Shown here: piece by piece, positions 10,601-20,900 of the stretch
How positions within the stretch are numbered: position 1 is the stretch's first letter
How the letters are laid out: each line of letters starts with the position of its first letter
NCBI GenBank assembly: GCA_046759445.1
Contig: JBHICG010000012.1
Location: 1-63,712 of the forward strand
Source of the DNA: Candidatus Scalinduaceae bacterium
GTDB lineage: Bacteria; Planctomycetota; Brocadiia; Brocadiales; Scalinduaceae
Length of the DNA: 63,712 nt
Direction: 5' to 3'
The notes under the pieces: generated by a model
Told to the model about the DNA's origin: nothing
Seen by the model: only the letters and a program-made list of their open reading frames with translations
Databases searched by the model: none
Made by a program: the position numbers and the translations under genes

Positions 10601-10838
10601 GGTCATCAAGTATTATTTTAGCTAAACCATGAAACGTAACAAGGTTTGAGTCAAGATAACCCCTGATTCCTGAGATTCTCAGGATATGGTCCCTGAGATG
10701 TTCTACCTGGCTGTGGGTGGGTAAGATAAATAGGACATTGTCTTCTTTATGGTGCTTTATGTATTCAAGGAATTTTTGAATAACAAGGTGTGTTTTACCG
10801 CTGCCGGCTTTTCCTAGAACTAAGAACCTTTCTTGCAT
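7623..10838 (-). CDS. addB: AddB/RexB-like ATP-dependent helicase-nuclease subunit
   Basis: P-loop GKAGSGKT, IDGFHD, ERYLFYIAITRAKE, C-terminal nuclease (FSPT..CPY, GKIDRID, IIDYK, QL.IY) and Cys set for an Fe-S staple. Confidence 0.8.
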   Translation of the reverse strand: MQERFLVLGKAGSGKTHLVIQKFLEYIKHHKEDNVLFILPTHSQVEHLRDHILRISGIRGYLDSNLVTFHGLAKIILDDLPLRKLIDENKKDKTIQLRQPIGENEKEAIPSNLFRNISTKYFTKVLDYAGFKRQFLNFIREIKENSLDPPSFKTVLKEVQSGKRDSPFNLKCNELVTLYDCYQQTLKENGLVDKEDFLAQALRHLNENKEVFSHVELLLIDGFHDYTQLELGLIKQLTPIIPTVFITLPYQTTDPLPSSFKASHKTYSRLEELGLQEKHLDKNRRTSSTKLKHIEANIFSNTKGINKKNLHFENDKSLQIIVATNIQDEVEQIARRIRQLTYRNGYNFGQIGVIFRNVARYQDIIEDTFTRFDIPFRIYAKKPLKNNPLIKAILNTTKIFTDMWQDDSVWRVLRSNVGISSDLINRLELKYSKKGSINDCDKWIEFTSYSEFKPVNEFLTGIKNAFSSLEGKHPFGFYCRWYINIVNLFYTHTFAPLNNGNGSITDKVKEEHHGQEILEILKADAGALREFLAILNNVSLNELVEDAGNITFEEFNYILDSQIAITSYGKIDRRKDVVNVIDVLEARQWEIPVVFVGGLLEKEFPRQVREDLFIKDFHRRKLNETGKIVLREADEQRDEERYLFYIAITRAKERLYLTYPSTNSDGNMTLPSFFLSDIKKLLPDELLQRITIKRNLYRIMPAPEEIINSTDVRNYVYYHFNSPHTPTSKQYEKDIALWLYNNIENAPRFREQLYKLRRLINYYGDTKLRLLDKDIIKIIHDTSRRFSPTKLRDFAQCPYKYFGGFTLNLKPVLSVTLDSPLQGTIIHMVLKEYFERTKEKEISKIFEEIFNQKTKRIVMGLGELKIKNEMLKTLLAFESKEKESAISTFKHEMFEEEFGKEKHKPLEIMDSKTGCIEITGKIDRIDVSVVNGKKVGIIIDYKYGKTEFKLEDIEEGTDLQLPIYVLALRDVFKIVPVAAEFHALKSLKKTGIYDQELINEQKLDIKPSKKSLSVDSKEFNKRLEDAKNHILHFSRKIHNGKIELAPHNLDLCGEGRCDFANVCRVDKWRVR

Positions 10839-10949
10839 TTAATTTTCAGACAGGATTTACAGGATAAAGGCGTTCGGCTGAATTCAATAGAACGCTTAGA
10901 TTGCCAGAGTAATCAACATGTAAATGATTCCGTAGAATAACGTGACTAA

Positions 10950-12008
10950 TCAACCACCTACCGGTAGAGTGAGTGATGGGCCTATATATTTTCTTTGGCC
11001 GGACTGCAAATTGAATAGTTGCTTAAGAAGCAAAAAAGTAGATTTGGAATCCAAATCATTATCGGCGATGTAATACCAGACCCCTCGATAAGGGACAGCG
11101 ACAAAGGCATTGCCAGGTTGCCACTTGCTGGATCTCACTTTGAACATCATGCCGACCGGAGTTTCACTCCAGTTGAATTCTTTCCCGTCCTGAGTCTTTG
11201 TAACGGTGATAAGTCCGGCTTCTTTGTGTTCTTCCGGTACATCTATATTCTGGGAAAGATAAAATAGCACACTAATAATTGAGCGAGCGCGCATATCCCA
11301 TTGGCCTTCTTTAGTATCCAGGAAATTAGTACTGATATAGAACTGATTGGATTGTTGTGTAATTCCAAGAAGAGATCGGACCTCATCAATTACGTTTTTA
11401 TAATTGGGATCCGTCTTAAGAAGGATCACCAGATTATTTGAATCTAAATCAGGGCCCATTTCAATTAGGCCTTCAAGTTGCAGTTGGCGAAACAATTTCA
11501 CCAGGTGTTTGAATTTTTTATATTTCGGTTCGTTCTCAGGTGTTGGTCCTGAGGCTTTAGGAGCATTGGCAAGCTCATTAATACGCTCCACGCAGAGACC
11601 AAAAACCCGTTGAATACTCCATCCGGATTGGGTTAAGAGCAGGATGGAATCAAGTGATATCGGGGATAGGACACTTTTTAGGAAGTCTTCTCCCCGGAGT
11701 GGAGTGTACGTAATTGTGGGCTTTCGGGAATGGCTCATACCAAGGTTGGGCGCTAATATACTATCTGCGGGGCCTAAGGGAATCAACGTGTCAAGCTCTG
11801 CGTTTGTCTCAATGGCCAAGGATGACGTTACACTTGCAACTTCAAGGAAATACGGGGTATCACGATATTTCAATCGTACCAAATTCAGCAACATTTGCTG
11901 ATCCACGGTGTTGATGATAGCTTGATTGTAAGCCGGATGCGTATTTTCTATGGCGCGTGGTCCAAATGTAGACTGACAGCCGCCAGACACAATGTAAATT
12001 AAAATCAA
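10950..12008 (-). CDS. Conserved hypothetical lipoprotein (start uncertain, possibly 12032)
   Basis: Lipobox-like SGGC; LLNLVRLKYRDTPYFL, PTITYTPL.G, YYIADND..SK motifs. Confidence 0.8.
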   Translation of the reverse strand: MILIYIVSGGCQSTFGPRAIENTHPAYNQAIINTVDQQMLLNLVRLKYRDTPYFLEVASVTSSLAIETNAELDTLIPLGPADSILAPNLGMSHSRKPTITYTPLRGEDFLKSVLSPISLDSILLLTQSGWSIQRVFGLCVERINELANAPKASGPTPENEPKYKKFKHLVKLFRQLQLEGLIEMGPDLDSNNLVILLKTDPNYKNVIDEVRSLLGITQQSNQFYISTNFLDTKEGQWDMRARSIISVLFYLSQNIDVPEEHKEAGLITVTKTQDGKEFNWSETPVGMMFKVRSSKWQPGNAFVAVPYRGVWYYIADNDLDSKSTFLLLKQLFNLQSGQRKYIGPSLTLPVGG

Positions 12009-12566
12009 AAATAAAAAGATAATGATTTGCGTGAGAGACTCCTTTCAGAATTGATTGGTGAGGTTGTGAAAAACTGTGGTCCGTATTGAATTTACATTTT
12101 TATAGCTATAACAAAACATGTACAAAAATATTAATGAAAACTTAATTAAGAAATTGATCATAACTATTATGAATGTAATTATACATTTAACGGCTTTGAT
12201 TACAACGATATATATTTTAGGAATATTAGATATAATTATTATTCGTAAACATAACTAAACTATTCTTTATCAAGTGCCTTAATACATCGACAATGTTTGG
12301 TTCTCAAAGAATCGTCTTGTTCCAATCTCTCTCTTATTTCTTTCTAAAACGGTTAATTCCTATGCATCTGTTAAAAATCGTGCCGAACAGTAGTTGGAAC
12401 AATTCTGTTTTAACTTGATTTTTAAGGTTTCTTGAGTTATCTTTCTTTTGCATTTTAACCATTTTGGTTATCTCCTCTGATAACGGGTGAATTGGAAAAC
12501 ACCATATTATAACGGTACTACCCTAATGGATTGCGTTTCTTATTTATACCTAAAATGAGCGATTTT

Positions 12567-12662
12567 GTAGCCGCAACCTTGAGGTTGCACAACTTACGTG
12601 GATCCATCAAATGATGGAAACGCAGGCGGTCAATCTTAAGATTGCCTTAAGCCAGCGGCTAC
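12567..12662. repeat. GTAG-type REP pair
   Basis: gtagccgcaaccttgaggttgc ... gcggctac in inverted arrangement. Confidence 0.6.
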
Positions 12663-12743
12663 AATATCATATAATATAAAATAGCTCAATTTAGCTTATA
12701 ACTTCTTCAAGATTCAAGTATTATATTTTTTGGGGGGAACACT

Positions 12744-14000
12744 ATGAAAAGAAAGCATTTATTAGTTTTATTCTCAATGATGTTAATTTCATTATTAATA
12801 GGTTGTTTTCAATTTAGACCTATAACCCCTTCTTACCCCTATACTCTAGATGAAGAGTTACAAATGGGAAAATATGTGCCAAAAATTGACAATTTTATTA
12901 TTATTCTGGATTCTTCATCATCCATGAGTGTAACTTACGAAGACAAGGCCGATAGGGGGTATTCCAAGTTTAAGGTTGCTAAAGATGTTATAAGACGGAT
13001 AAATAATACTATACCTGAGATGAAAATTAACGGCGCCCTTCAGACATTTGGTCATGGGATTGTGAAACCGATTAAACAGACAGAGACCGTATATGGACTG
13101 ACCGCTTATTCCAGATCTGGTTTGGAACAAAGTTTAAACAGTGTAAAGTCTCCTGCTGAAGGTAATAGCCCGGCCGGGCTTGCCATTGAAGCTATAAGTA
13201 ATATTATAGTAACTGCTAAAGGTGAGAATGCTGTAATTTTAATAAGTGACGGTGAAAATCTGGAAAATGATCCGCTGATGAAGGTTAGGGCTCTAAAAAA
13301 TAGGTATGGAGATAGGACCTGCCTTTACACCATTTGGGTAGGAAACAAACCTGAAGGTAAAACATTTATGGAAAAACTTGCTGGAGAAATGGAATGCGGT
13401 TTTTCAACATCTGTTGATGAAATTGCATCAAGCGAAGATATGACAAATTTCGTAAGAAAAGTATTTCTTACAAGGTATAGAGATAGTGATAAAGACGGAG
13501 TCTTGGATCACCTTGATAAGTGTCCTGACACTCCAATTGGCGTTAAAGTGGATGAGACAGGATGTCCCAAAGTCAGCCGAATGGATAGTGATGGTGATGG
13601 TGTTTATGATAATCGTGATGAATGTCCTGATACACCGAAAGGTGCCATTGTTGACGATAGAGGTTGCTGGGTTGTCAAGGGTGTGCAATTTGATTATAAA
13701 AAGTGGGATATTAAATCCCAGTATAATTCAAACCTGGACAATGTTGTAAATATTTTAATAAGAAACCCGGGATTGAAAATAAGAATAGAAGGACATACCG
13801 ACGATATAGGGTCAATGAAATATAATCTAGAGCTTTCTCAAAACAGGGCTCAAGCAATTAAGGATTATCTGGTTGGAAAGGGTGTAGATCAATCACGAAT
13901 CTCTATAACCGGACTTGGATATTCACAACCGATTGCAGGTAATGATACACCTGAGGGACGTGCCTTGAACCGAAGGGCTGAACTAATACCTGTAAGATAG
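12744..14000 (+). CDS. OmpA-family lipoprotein with vWA domain and TSP3-like Ca-binding repeats
   Basis: LLIGC lipobox; DSSSSM MIDAS; two DSDxDGV..D.CPDTP repeats; IEGHTD..G...YN..LS..RA and NRR. Confidence 0.92.
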   Translation: MKRKHLLVLFSMMLISLLIGCFQFRPITPSYPYTLDEELQMGKYVPKIDNFIIILDSSSSMSVTYEDKADRGYSKFKVAKDVIRRINNTIPEMKINGALQTFGHGIVKPIKQTETVYGLTAYSRSGLEQSLNSVKSPAEGNSPAGLAIEAISNIIVTAKGENAVILISDGENLENDPLMKVRALKNRYGDRTCLYTIWVGNKPEGKTFMEKLAGEMECGFSTSVDEIASSEDMTNFVRKVFLTRYRDSDKDGVLDHLDKCPDTPIGVKVDETGCPKVSRMDSDGDGVYDNRDECPDTPKGAIVDDRGCWVVKGVQFDYKKWDIKSQYNSNLDNVVNILIRNPGLKIRIEGHTDDIGSMKYNLELSQNRAQAIKDYLVGKGVDQSRISITGLGYSQPIAGNDTPEGRALNRRAELIPVR

Positions 14001-14248
14001 TTGACTCGAGCGAACGAAGGGATTTTTCCCTATCGATCTACAGTTCAGGCTGACAATATCGTGTTTCTGCAACAGATACTACTTATGCGACTTAGTTCGA
14101 TCGACTCGGACAATGGTTGGGTTGTGTATAACTTTTCGTACCGATTAAGATATACTCTGTCGTATTGTAATTCTAAAATCGTAAATCGTAATTTTTGTTA
14201 AAATTATTCAGGATATTTTATCAAGAAATTTTGTTCTTTTCACATTCT

Positions 14249-14749
14249 TTATCCACTTTTGTTTTCACCATCACTCCCATTGGATGAATTGCCAGCTAGG
14301 ATTTGACAAAGTTCATCAATAAAGCCTATCTGCCCTTTTGTGATTTTTTTCTTTGCAACAGCGATCGTGAACCAACCGGCTCGATCAACTTCTGGGAATT
14401 CCTGTTGCCTGCTGGAGCGTGGGGGCCATTCCATTGTGAATGTGTTACTTTTGATTTTTGAGGCATCACAATTCCCCTCAAAGGCCCAAACTGTTATGAG
14501 CTTACCACTCGGTTGCTTGATTGGAGTGAGAGCCATAAACTCTCCTGCAGGCTTAAAACTTGTCTCTTCCTGAAACTCTCGTTTTGCAACCTCAAAAGGA
14601 TCTTCTTCATGAGTATACTCTCCCTTAGGGATAGACCAGAAACTAAGATCCTTCTTTGTCCAGAAGGGCCCTCCGGGATGAACAAGCATAACCTCTAATT
14701 CATCATTGCGTATACGGTACATTAATAATCCAGCACTTTTCTTCGCCAT
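14249..14749 (-). CDS. NUDIX hydrolase (COG4119-like)
   Basis: HPGGPFW, WSIPKGE, AKREFQEET, WPPRS...FPEVDR. Confidence 0.9.
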   Translation of the reverse strand: MAKKSAGLLMYRIRNDELEVMLVHPGGPFWTKKDLSFWSIPKGEYTHEEDPFEVAKREFQEETSFKPAGEFMALTPIKQPSGKLITVWAFEGNCDASKIKSNTFTMEWPPRSSRQQEFPEVDRAGWFTIAVAKKKITKGQIGFIDELCQILAGNSSNGSDGENKSG

Positions 14750-14774
14750 AATTTAGCACCTATAACACTCACAA

Positions 14775-14798
14775 TGTCATTCCCGCAAAAGCAGGAAT
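14775..14798. repeat. TGTCATTCCCG-type REP-like palindrome
   Basis: tgtcattcccgcaaaagcaggaat; relatives at 15714 and 29329. Confidence 0.6.
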
Positions 14799-14937
14799 TT
14801 AATATAGGCTATGATAAACACTCTAGCAAGAAAATCTTAACTTATATTGTTGATAAAGCGGTAGTTAAAAAGTTGCACTTATTGAACTAAGGTATATACA
14901 AATAATCTATAAAAAAATTTTCAATGTTCTTTTGTTT

Positions 14938-14967
14938 TTGACAAACATCCATAATTACTAGTAGAAT
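14938..14967 (+). promoter_or_regulatory. Putative sigma70 promoter of the ECF sigma gene
   Basis: TTGACA-18 nt-TAGAAT, 48 nt upstream of the ATG. Confidence 0.55.
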
Positions 14968-15015
14968 TATGAATAATAATACCTAGCAGTAGAAACCTTA
15001 TAGAAGTCTAATGAC

Positions 15016-15636
15016 ATGGACTTTGATAGGCTTTCCGAAAAAGAACTATTGAATGCATGTATTCAGGCAAATAAAGAAGCATGGGATGCATTTGTCGAAA
15101 GATTTACCAACCTAGTTTATCATACCATTAATAAAACACTCAAGACTTACTATGCAGATCATCTCTATCAGGATTTAGGTGATATTCATAACAACGTATT
15201 TATTTCCTTGATGGAAAACGACTATAAAAAATTGAGGCAGTATAAAGGTCTTAATGGTTGTACGGTCTCAAGCTGGCTCATGGTTGTTACAACTAATTTT
15301 ACTCTGAATTTTATTAAAAAACAAAAGCAACACATACCTATAGAAAACAATACCACAGACAATATGGATGTAATAGAAAGGGTTTCAAATCCTCAACAAC
15401 AGCCTGATGAAGAACTTTCAGAAAAAGAATATGGGGAAATTTTTAAAGACTTAATAAATGATTTAAATGTTAATGATGTGCTGTTTTTGAAACTATATTA
15501 TGAAAAGGAACTCCCGCCTGAAGAAATAGCCGAAATATTAAATCTAACAGTAAGTACCGTTTACAGTAAAAAGAACCGGATTAGAGAGAAGTTAAAAAAA
15601 ATCGCAAAAAAGAAAAATATATTGCAAGAAAATTGA
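15016..15636 (+). CDS. ECF-type sigma-70 factor
   Basis: Region 2 (AWDAFVERF..LVY; VF..L; SSWL..V) and region 4 (EEIAEILNLTVSTVYSKKNR). Confidence 0.92.
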   Translation: MDFDRLSEKELLNACIQANKEAWDAFVERFTNLVYHTINKTLKTYYADHLYQDLGDIHNNVFISLMENDYKKLRQYKGLNGCTVSSWLMVVTTNFTLNFIKKQKQHIPIENNTTDNMDVIERVSNPQQQPDEELSEKEYGEIFKDLINDLNVNDVLFLKLYYEKELPPEEIAEILNLTVSTVYSKKNRIREKLKKIAKKKNILQEN

Positions 15637-15713
15637 GTGAAAAATGTCTTTTATAGTGGAACCATAATACCTGTGGTTTTTAACTGGAACTATGATTAAT
15701 GCATTATACTACT

Positions 15714-15782
15714 TGTCATTCCCGTGGCATATACCTACATAGTAGGCAAACAGGGAATCTGTTCCTGACTTTCGTCAGGACA
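15714..15782. repeat. REP-like element between sigma and anti-sigma genes
   Basis: tgtcattccc...gggaatc followed by hairpin tcctgac-tttc-gtcagga. Confidence 0.55.
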
Positions 15783-15837
15783 TGTTTTTCATAACTCGTG
15801 ATGCCACGAAATGGCATGAAAGTTTAATAAGAAAAAA

Positions 15838-17952
15838 ATGGACAGAATTGATGATTTTTTAAAGTCTCTTTTAAATAAATCAAAAAAAGATAGGGGTTTC
15901 TTACAGGAGAAGGAATACACTTGCCCGTCCGAAGAAATCATTGCCTGTTATCTTGACAACTTACTTAATGATACTGAGAGAGAAAAAGTTGAAGAGCACC
16001 TTGCAAGATGTGAGGATTGTCTCCAACAGACCATATTGCTCCACAGTTTAAGAAAGGAAACAAAAGAGAATGGGTACATAGAGACGCCAGCAGAAGTAAC
16101 TGAACGGGCGAAAGAAATAGTTCCGGAAAGTTCTATAAAGGGCCTAATTGAGGTTATCATTGAATTTGCCCGTAATACTATAAGGGCCAAAAAGGGTTTT
16201 CGGTTAGTACCATATGGGTCTATTGCTCTAATTGCATTTTTATCAATAGGTGTTTACAGCATAATGTATACTAAAACTCCAACAGTACCTCATGATTATG
16301 ACACGTCCAAAACACGAGGCGCCTCTCCAACACAATTTGATGAACTAGTTAAACAATCAGAATTAGAACCACTTGCCCTCTCTATAAACATTATAGGCCA
16401 GAGGAAAGATACTGATGGAAGTGTTCACAAGGTCGCCATTGAAGAGGGAAGCATCCTTCAATCTAGAGATGAATTTAAGGTTCACTTTGAGACCAACAAA
16501 GATGCCTATGTATACATACTCATCCAAGATAGCTTAAACAAACCTAATCTGCTTTTTCCTGATCCTAATATTCTACTCAATAACAACGTAAAGGCAAATA
16601 CGAACTATACAGTTCCAGCATCAGATCAGTGGTTCTGGCTGGATGAAAATGTAGGGATTGAGATTATTTACATCTTAGCATCAGAAAGCCCGCTGGATAA
16701 TATTAAAGCCCTGCTCCTTGAGATGGAAGATGTGGATGAACCAGAAAAGATAGTCATGGAGTTTGTCAAAGGCAAGGATACTGTGGTAAGGGCAATCAGC
16801 TTCCGACATATAGATGGTAAAGCCTTTAAAGAAATCATTGCTATTAAGAATGTAGAGAAGAAAGCAGTAAACAAAGAGGAACCAGGTTCAGAACGTTTAA
16901 GAGAGTTAATTGTCAGGGGAGAAAATGCCATAAAAAACATACTGTCAAGCAGTATACCAAACACAGTTAATGAGGACAGAATAGAAACAACGCTGAATGA
17001 CATAAAGAAAAATCTTATACTTGAAGAAAGCAGAGGAGTTGGAGGTATAACAGTCTATAAAAAGGCTGCCCCCGCTGTAGTCCTTGTTGTAACCAATGAG
17101 GGGGAAGGTTCGGGTTCTATTCTGGATAGAGAAGGTCATGTTCTGACCAACTGGCATGTGGTGCAAGGGTATGATAGGGTAGCTGTTTTCTTCAAACCGA
17201 AAAAAGACATAGAATTAAAAGGAGAGCCGCTATATTTCGCCAAAGTTATCAAGGTGGATCAAGTAACCGATCTTGCTCTTTTAAAGATTGAAAACCCACC
17301 TGATAATCTTCCTATTCTGGAACTGGGTAATATAAATGATGTAGAAGTTGCTCAGGATGTCCATGCCATAGGTCACCCAGGAGGAGACATTTGGACCTAT
17401 ACCAAGGGAATAATCAGCCAGATAAGGCCGAACTATGAGTGGGCATATGATAACACGGTCTTACATGAAAGTAAGGTTATCCAGACCCAGACCCCAATCA
17501 ATCCAGGCAGCTCTGGTAGCCCACTCTTGAATGATAATGCTGAGATTATAGGAATAAACTCCTTTATAAAAAAAGGTGAGGGTCTAAACTTTGCCGTTTC
17601 TGTAGATGTGATAAGGGAATTCTTAGAAAGAAGAAATAGTCGTCTTGCTAGAAGACCTCCAACAACACCCCCAATAGCACATGTCTCTCAAAACCCATCT
17701 TATTATGAGTATGACACCAATCGAGATGGGATAGTAGATGTGATTGAGTATGATTCAGATGGAAATGGAATAGCCGATATGTATTTCGTAGACTTAAATC
17801 AAGATGGGATAATTGATCATGTTAAGATGGATCAAGATGGAAATGGTATAATCGACTTAGTTGTTTATGATACGAATAAAGACGGTAAGTATGATACATG
17901 GGCTTATGACACTGACGAAGACGGTAACATGGATGAATGGCTTGGTCGATAG
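15838..17952 (+). CDS. Zinc-finger (zf-HC2) anti-sigma factor fused to TM, DUF4384-like domain, trypsin-like serine protease and DxDxDG Ca-binding repeats
   Basis: HLARCEDC; TM GSIALIAFLSIGVYSIMY; FKVHFETNKDAYVYI..LLFP..WFWLDE..G.E; triad LTNWHVV / DLALL / INPGSSGSP; five DxN/DxDG repeats. Confidence 0.88.
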   Translation: MDRIDDFLKSLLNKSKKDRGFLQEKEYTCPSEEIIACYLDNLLNDTEREKVEEHLARCEDCLQQTILLHSLRKETKENGYIETPAEVTERAKEIVPESSIKGLIEVIIEFARNTIRAKKGFRLVPYGSIALIAFLSIGVYSIMYTKTPTVPHDYDTSKTRGASPTQFDELVKQSELEPLALSINIIGQRKDTDGSVHKVAIEEGSILQSRDEFKVHFETNKDAYVYILIQDSLNKPNLLFPDPNILLNNNVKANTNYTVPASDQWFWLDENVGIEIIYILASESPLDNIKALLLEMEDVDEPEKIVMEFVKGKDTVVRAISFRHIDGKAFKEIIAIKNVEKKAVNKEEPGSERLRELIVRGENAIKNILSSSIPNTVNEDRIETTLNDIKKNLILEESRGVGGITVYKKAAPAVVLVVTNEGEGSGSILDREGHVLTNWHVVQGYDRVAVFFKPKKDIELKGEPLYFAKVIKVDQVTDLALLKIENPPDNLPILELGNINDVEVAQDVHAIGHPGGDIWTYTKGIISQIRPNYEWAYDNTVLHESKVIQTQTPINPGSSGSPLLNDNAEIIGINSFIKKGEGLNFAVSVDVIREFLERRNSRLARRPPTTPPIAHVSQNPSYYEYDTNRDGIVDVIEYDSDGNGIADMYFVDLNQDGIIDHVKMDQDGNGIIDLVVYDTNKDGKYDTWAYDTDEDGNMDEWLGR

Positions 17953-17996
17953 TGATAATAAGGTAATAGTCTAATAATTAGAATCGTTAATACAAA

Positions 17997-20900
17997 ATGT
18001 CACTCTTACAAAACAAAAAACTATCACTTAATACTACACTTGCATTTCTATTAGTGGTCTTACTGAGTACCCATTCAAGGGTCTTTGCTGAGACTACAGA
18101 TATGAGAGAGATGGCTCAAACTCTATGGGAACAGGGTGTTGAAACTTTAGAGGCAATAGGCTTTTACATTAGATCAAATGAAAAGACTTTTCAAACAGCC
18201 CTGAAAAGTTTAAATGATTCTTTAAACCTTTACAGGGAAATAGGAGACCGTCAATCAGAGGCAGATCTTCTGACGTGTATAGCATGGATAGCTATTAATT
18301 CAAGCAAGTTTGTTGATGCACAAAATTATCTGAAAGAATCACAAGAAATCTATGCAGAATTAGGTAGCAAACCAGGAGAGAAAGCAGCTTTCGAGGATAT
18401 AGAGGATATAGATGAAAATATTATAATTCTAGAGCTTTATATCGAGGCCTCTAGTCATATAAATGACAAAGATTATGTAGCCGCCTTAAAAAAGTACAAT
18501 AATCTCCTCCAATTATACAGAGAGATGGGCGCTAGGACAAATGAGGCAGATATTCTATTATGGATTGGGTGGATTCAATTTAATTTAAGAAACTATATTG
18601 AGGCTGAACATTATTTCAATGATTCTTTAACCATTTATAGGGAAATAGGGGAAAGGCAACATGAGGCAGATATTCTATTATGGATTGGGAGGATTCAATT
18701 TAATTTGAAAAACTATACTGAGGCTGAACATTATTTCAATGATTCTTTAACCATTTATAGGGAGGTAGGAGATCGGCAATCAGAAGCTGTTATTCTGAAT
18801 TGGATTGGGAAAATTCAATATGATTTGAAAAACTATATGGAAGCTGAACATTATTATCGAGAGTCGCTGAGTATTTACAGGCAACGTGATAGAAAGATTG
18901 AACAGGGATTAATTTTTAAAGATATAGCAGCTTTATATTATGCTAAAGATGAGAATACAAAATCACTCAATTATATCAATGAGGCAATAAGGATGTTTGA
19001 ACAAACCAATGATAAAGAGTGGATGGCAAATGTCTTGGGATGGGCGGGGATTATTCATTGTAAACGTCAAGAATTTTCCATGGCATTGGACTATTTTAAA
19101 AAGTCATTATTACGATATCAAAAAATTAAGCACCAAGAAGGAGTAGCAGAAGTCTCTCAATGGATTATTAAAGCTGACAGTAGCCTGGGCTACTTCAATA
19201 TACCTATTAAATACTATAAGCAAGCTTTGAATATAATCCATGAAAAAGGAAATCTACGTGAGGAAGGTTCTATTATTCATACAATTGGAAAAATGTACAG
19301 CAATAGAGGAGATTACAAAGAAGCGTTGAAGGCCTATGATAAAGCAAAGCAAATCTTTAAAGAACTTAATGACATAACCAATCAGGGGAATATCCTTGTT
19401 AATATTGGGGAGGCAAATAGTAACCTGGGAAATTATCTTCAAGCTATTGATAACCTCAAGGAGGCTTTGGAGATCTTTGAAGGATTAAAGGATAATTCTG
19501 GTCAACAAGCTGCTTTGAATGCTCTCACTGATGTGTATATCCAATTAGGGGATTATGAAAGGGTTAAAGAATATAACTTGAAAAGCTTAAACATAGTTGG
19601 TGCCGACAAAGAAAATAAGTCGGTTAAACTTCTTTCTTTGTTATACCATGGACTGGCTTTTGAAAAAGAAGGAAGATTTGAGATGGCATTGGATGTCTAT
19701 CGCCAAGCCCTTGATCTCAGCAAAGAGATTGATGACAAAATAAGTGAAATGACTATTCTTAGTTATATAGGAAGAAGTTATTTCGAATTAGCGGAACTTT
19801 CAAAAGCATTGGAATTTTATAGGCAGATACTCAAGGCAAGCAGAGAACAAAAGAACAAAAATAATGAATTAGTTGCTTTAGTCGACATTGCGCAAACTTG
19901 CTTTAATCAAAATGACTTTCAGAGTAGCTTGGATTATTCTAAGCAAGCCTTGGTAATAGCTAAGGAAATAGGAAATAAGTTACTTGCGGCAAGATGTTAT
20001 TTCCAAATAGGATACACATACGTATACCAAAATAAACGTGAAAAAGCAGAAGAATATTTAGAAAAAGCCCTAATAATAGATAGGGAAATAGATAGGCCAG
20101 AAGATATCTGGACATCTAATTTTTGGCTTGGCATCAATGCGATGGAAATTAATTATCAAAAGGCTAAAAGATACTTTAGTGAGGCAATTAACAAAATTGA
20201 ATCTATAAGAGAAAAGATTTCTGTGGAAGAATACAAAACAAGTTTTATCGAGGATAAATTAGTAGTTTACAGTTTTATGATATTAACACTGTTACTACTT
20301 GAAGAGTTTGAAGAAGCATTTAATTATGTTGAAAGGGCAAAATCTAGATCACTCCTTGATTTGCTTGGAAATAGCGTAAAATTGGAAAAAGGTAAAGATA
20401 AAGACTTAAGCCAGGAAGAAAGAAGATTACAGAAGAAGATTAATGAGCTTTTAGAGAAGATACAGAAAGAACATTCCCAGCAAAATGAAAGACAGAGAAC
20501 GGTATTAAACGTATGGAACAAAGAACTGGAAAAGACAAGAAAGGAATATTCAGGACTACTTTTAAAAATAAGGCGGAAGAATCCTGAACTTTACTCTCTC
20601 GTAAACGTGAATCCTCTTACCCTCAAAGAAGTTCAAAATCTTTTGGAACCAGATACAACATTGTTAGAATACTTCTGTTTTTTAGGAGAAAAATACAGAT
20701 CAGAACTTGGATTCCCCATCCCTGATTCGATCTTTTATTGGGTTGTAAACAAAAAGGAATATAAATTTTATTTAATAGAAACTCCAAAGTTGGTTTCTAG
20801 AATAACCACATTTAAAGAAAAGATAGCCACCCTACAACCAGATTATGAGAAAGAGGCTGAAGAATTTTATGACCTCTTAATAAGACCTGCAAAACCATAT

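Noticed and set aside
14001..14201. 66-aa ORF or structured RNA after the OmpA gene
   Set aside because: TTG start, no RBS, no recognisable protein motif or RNA family
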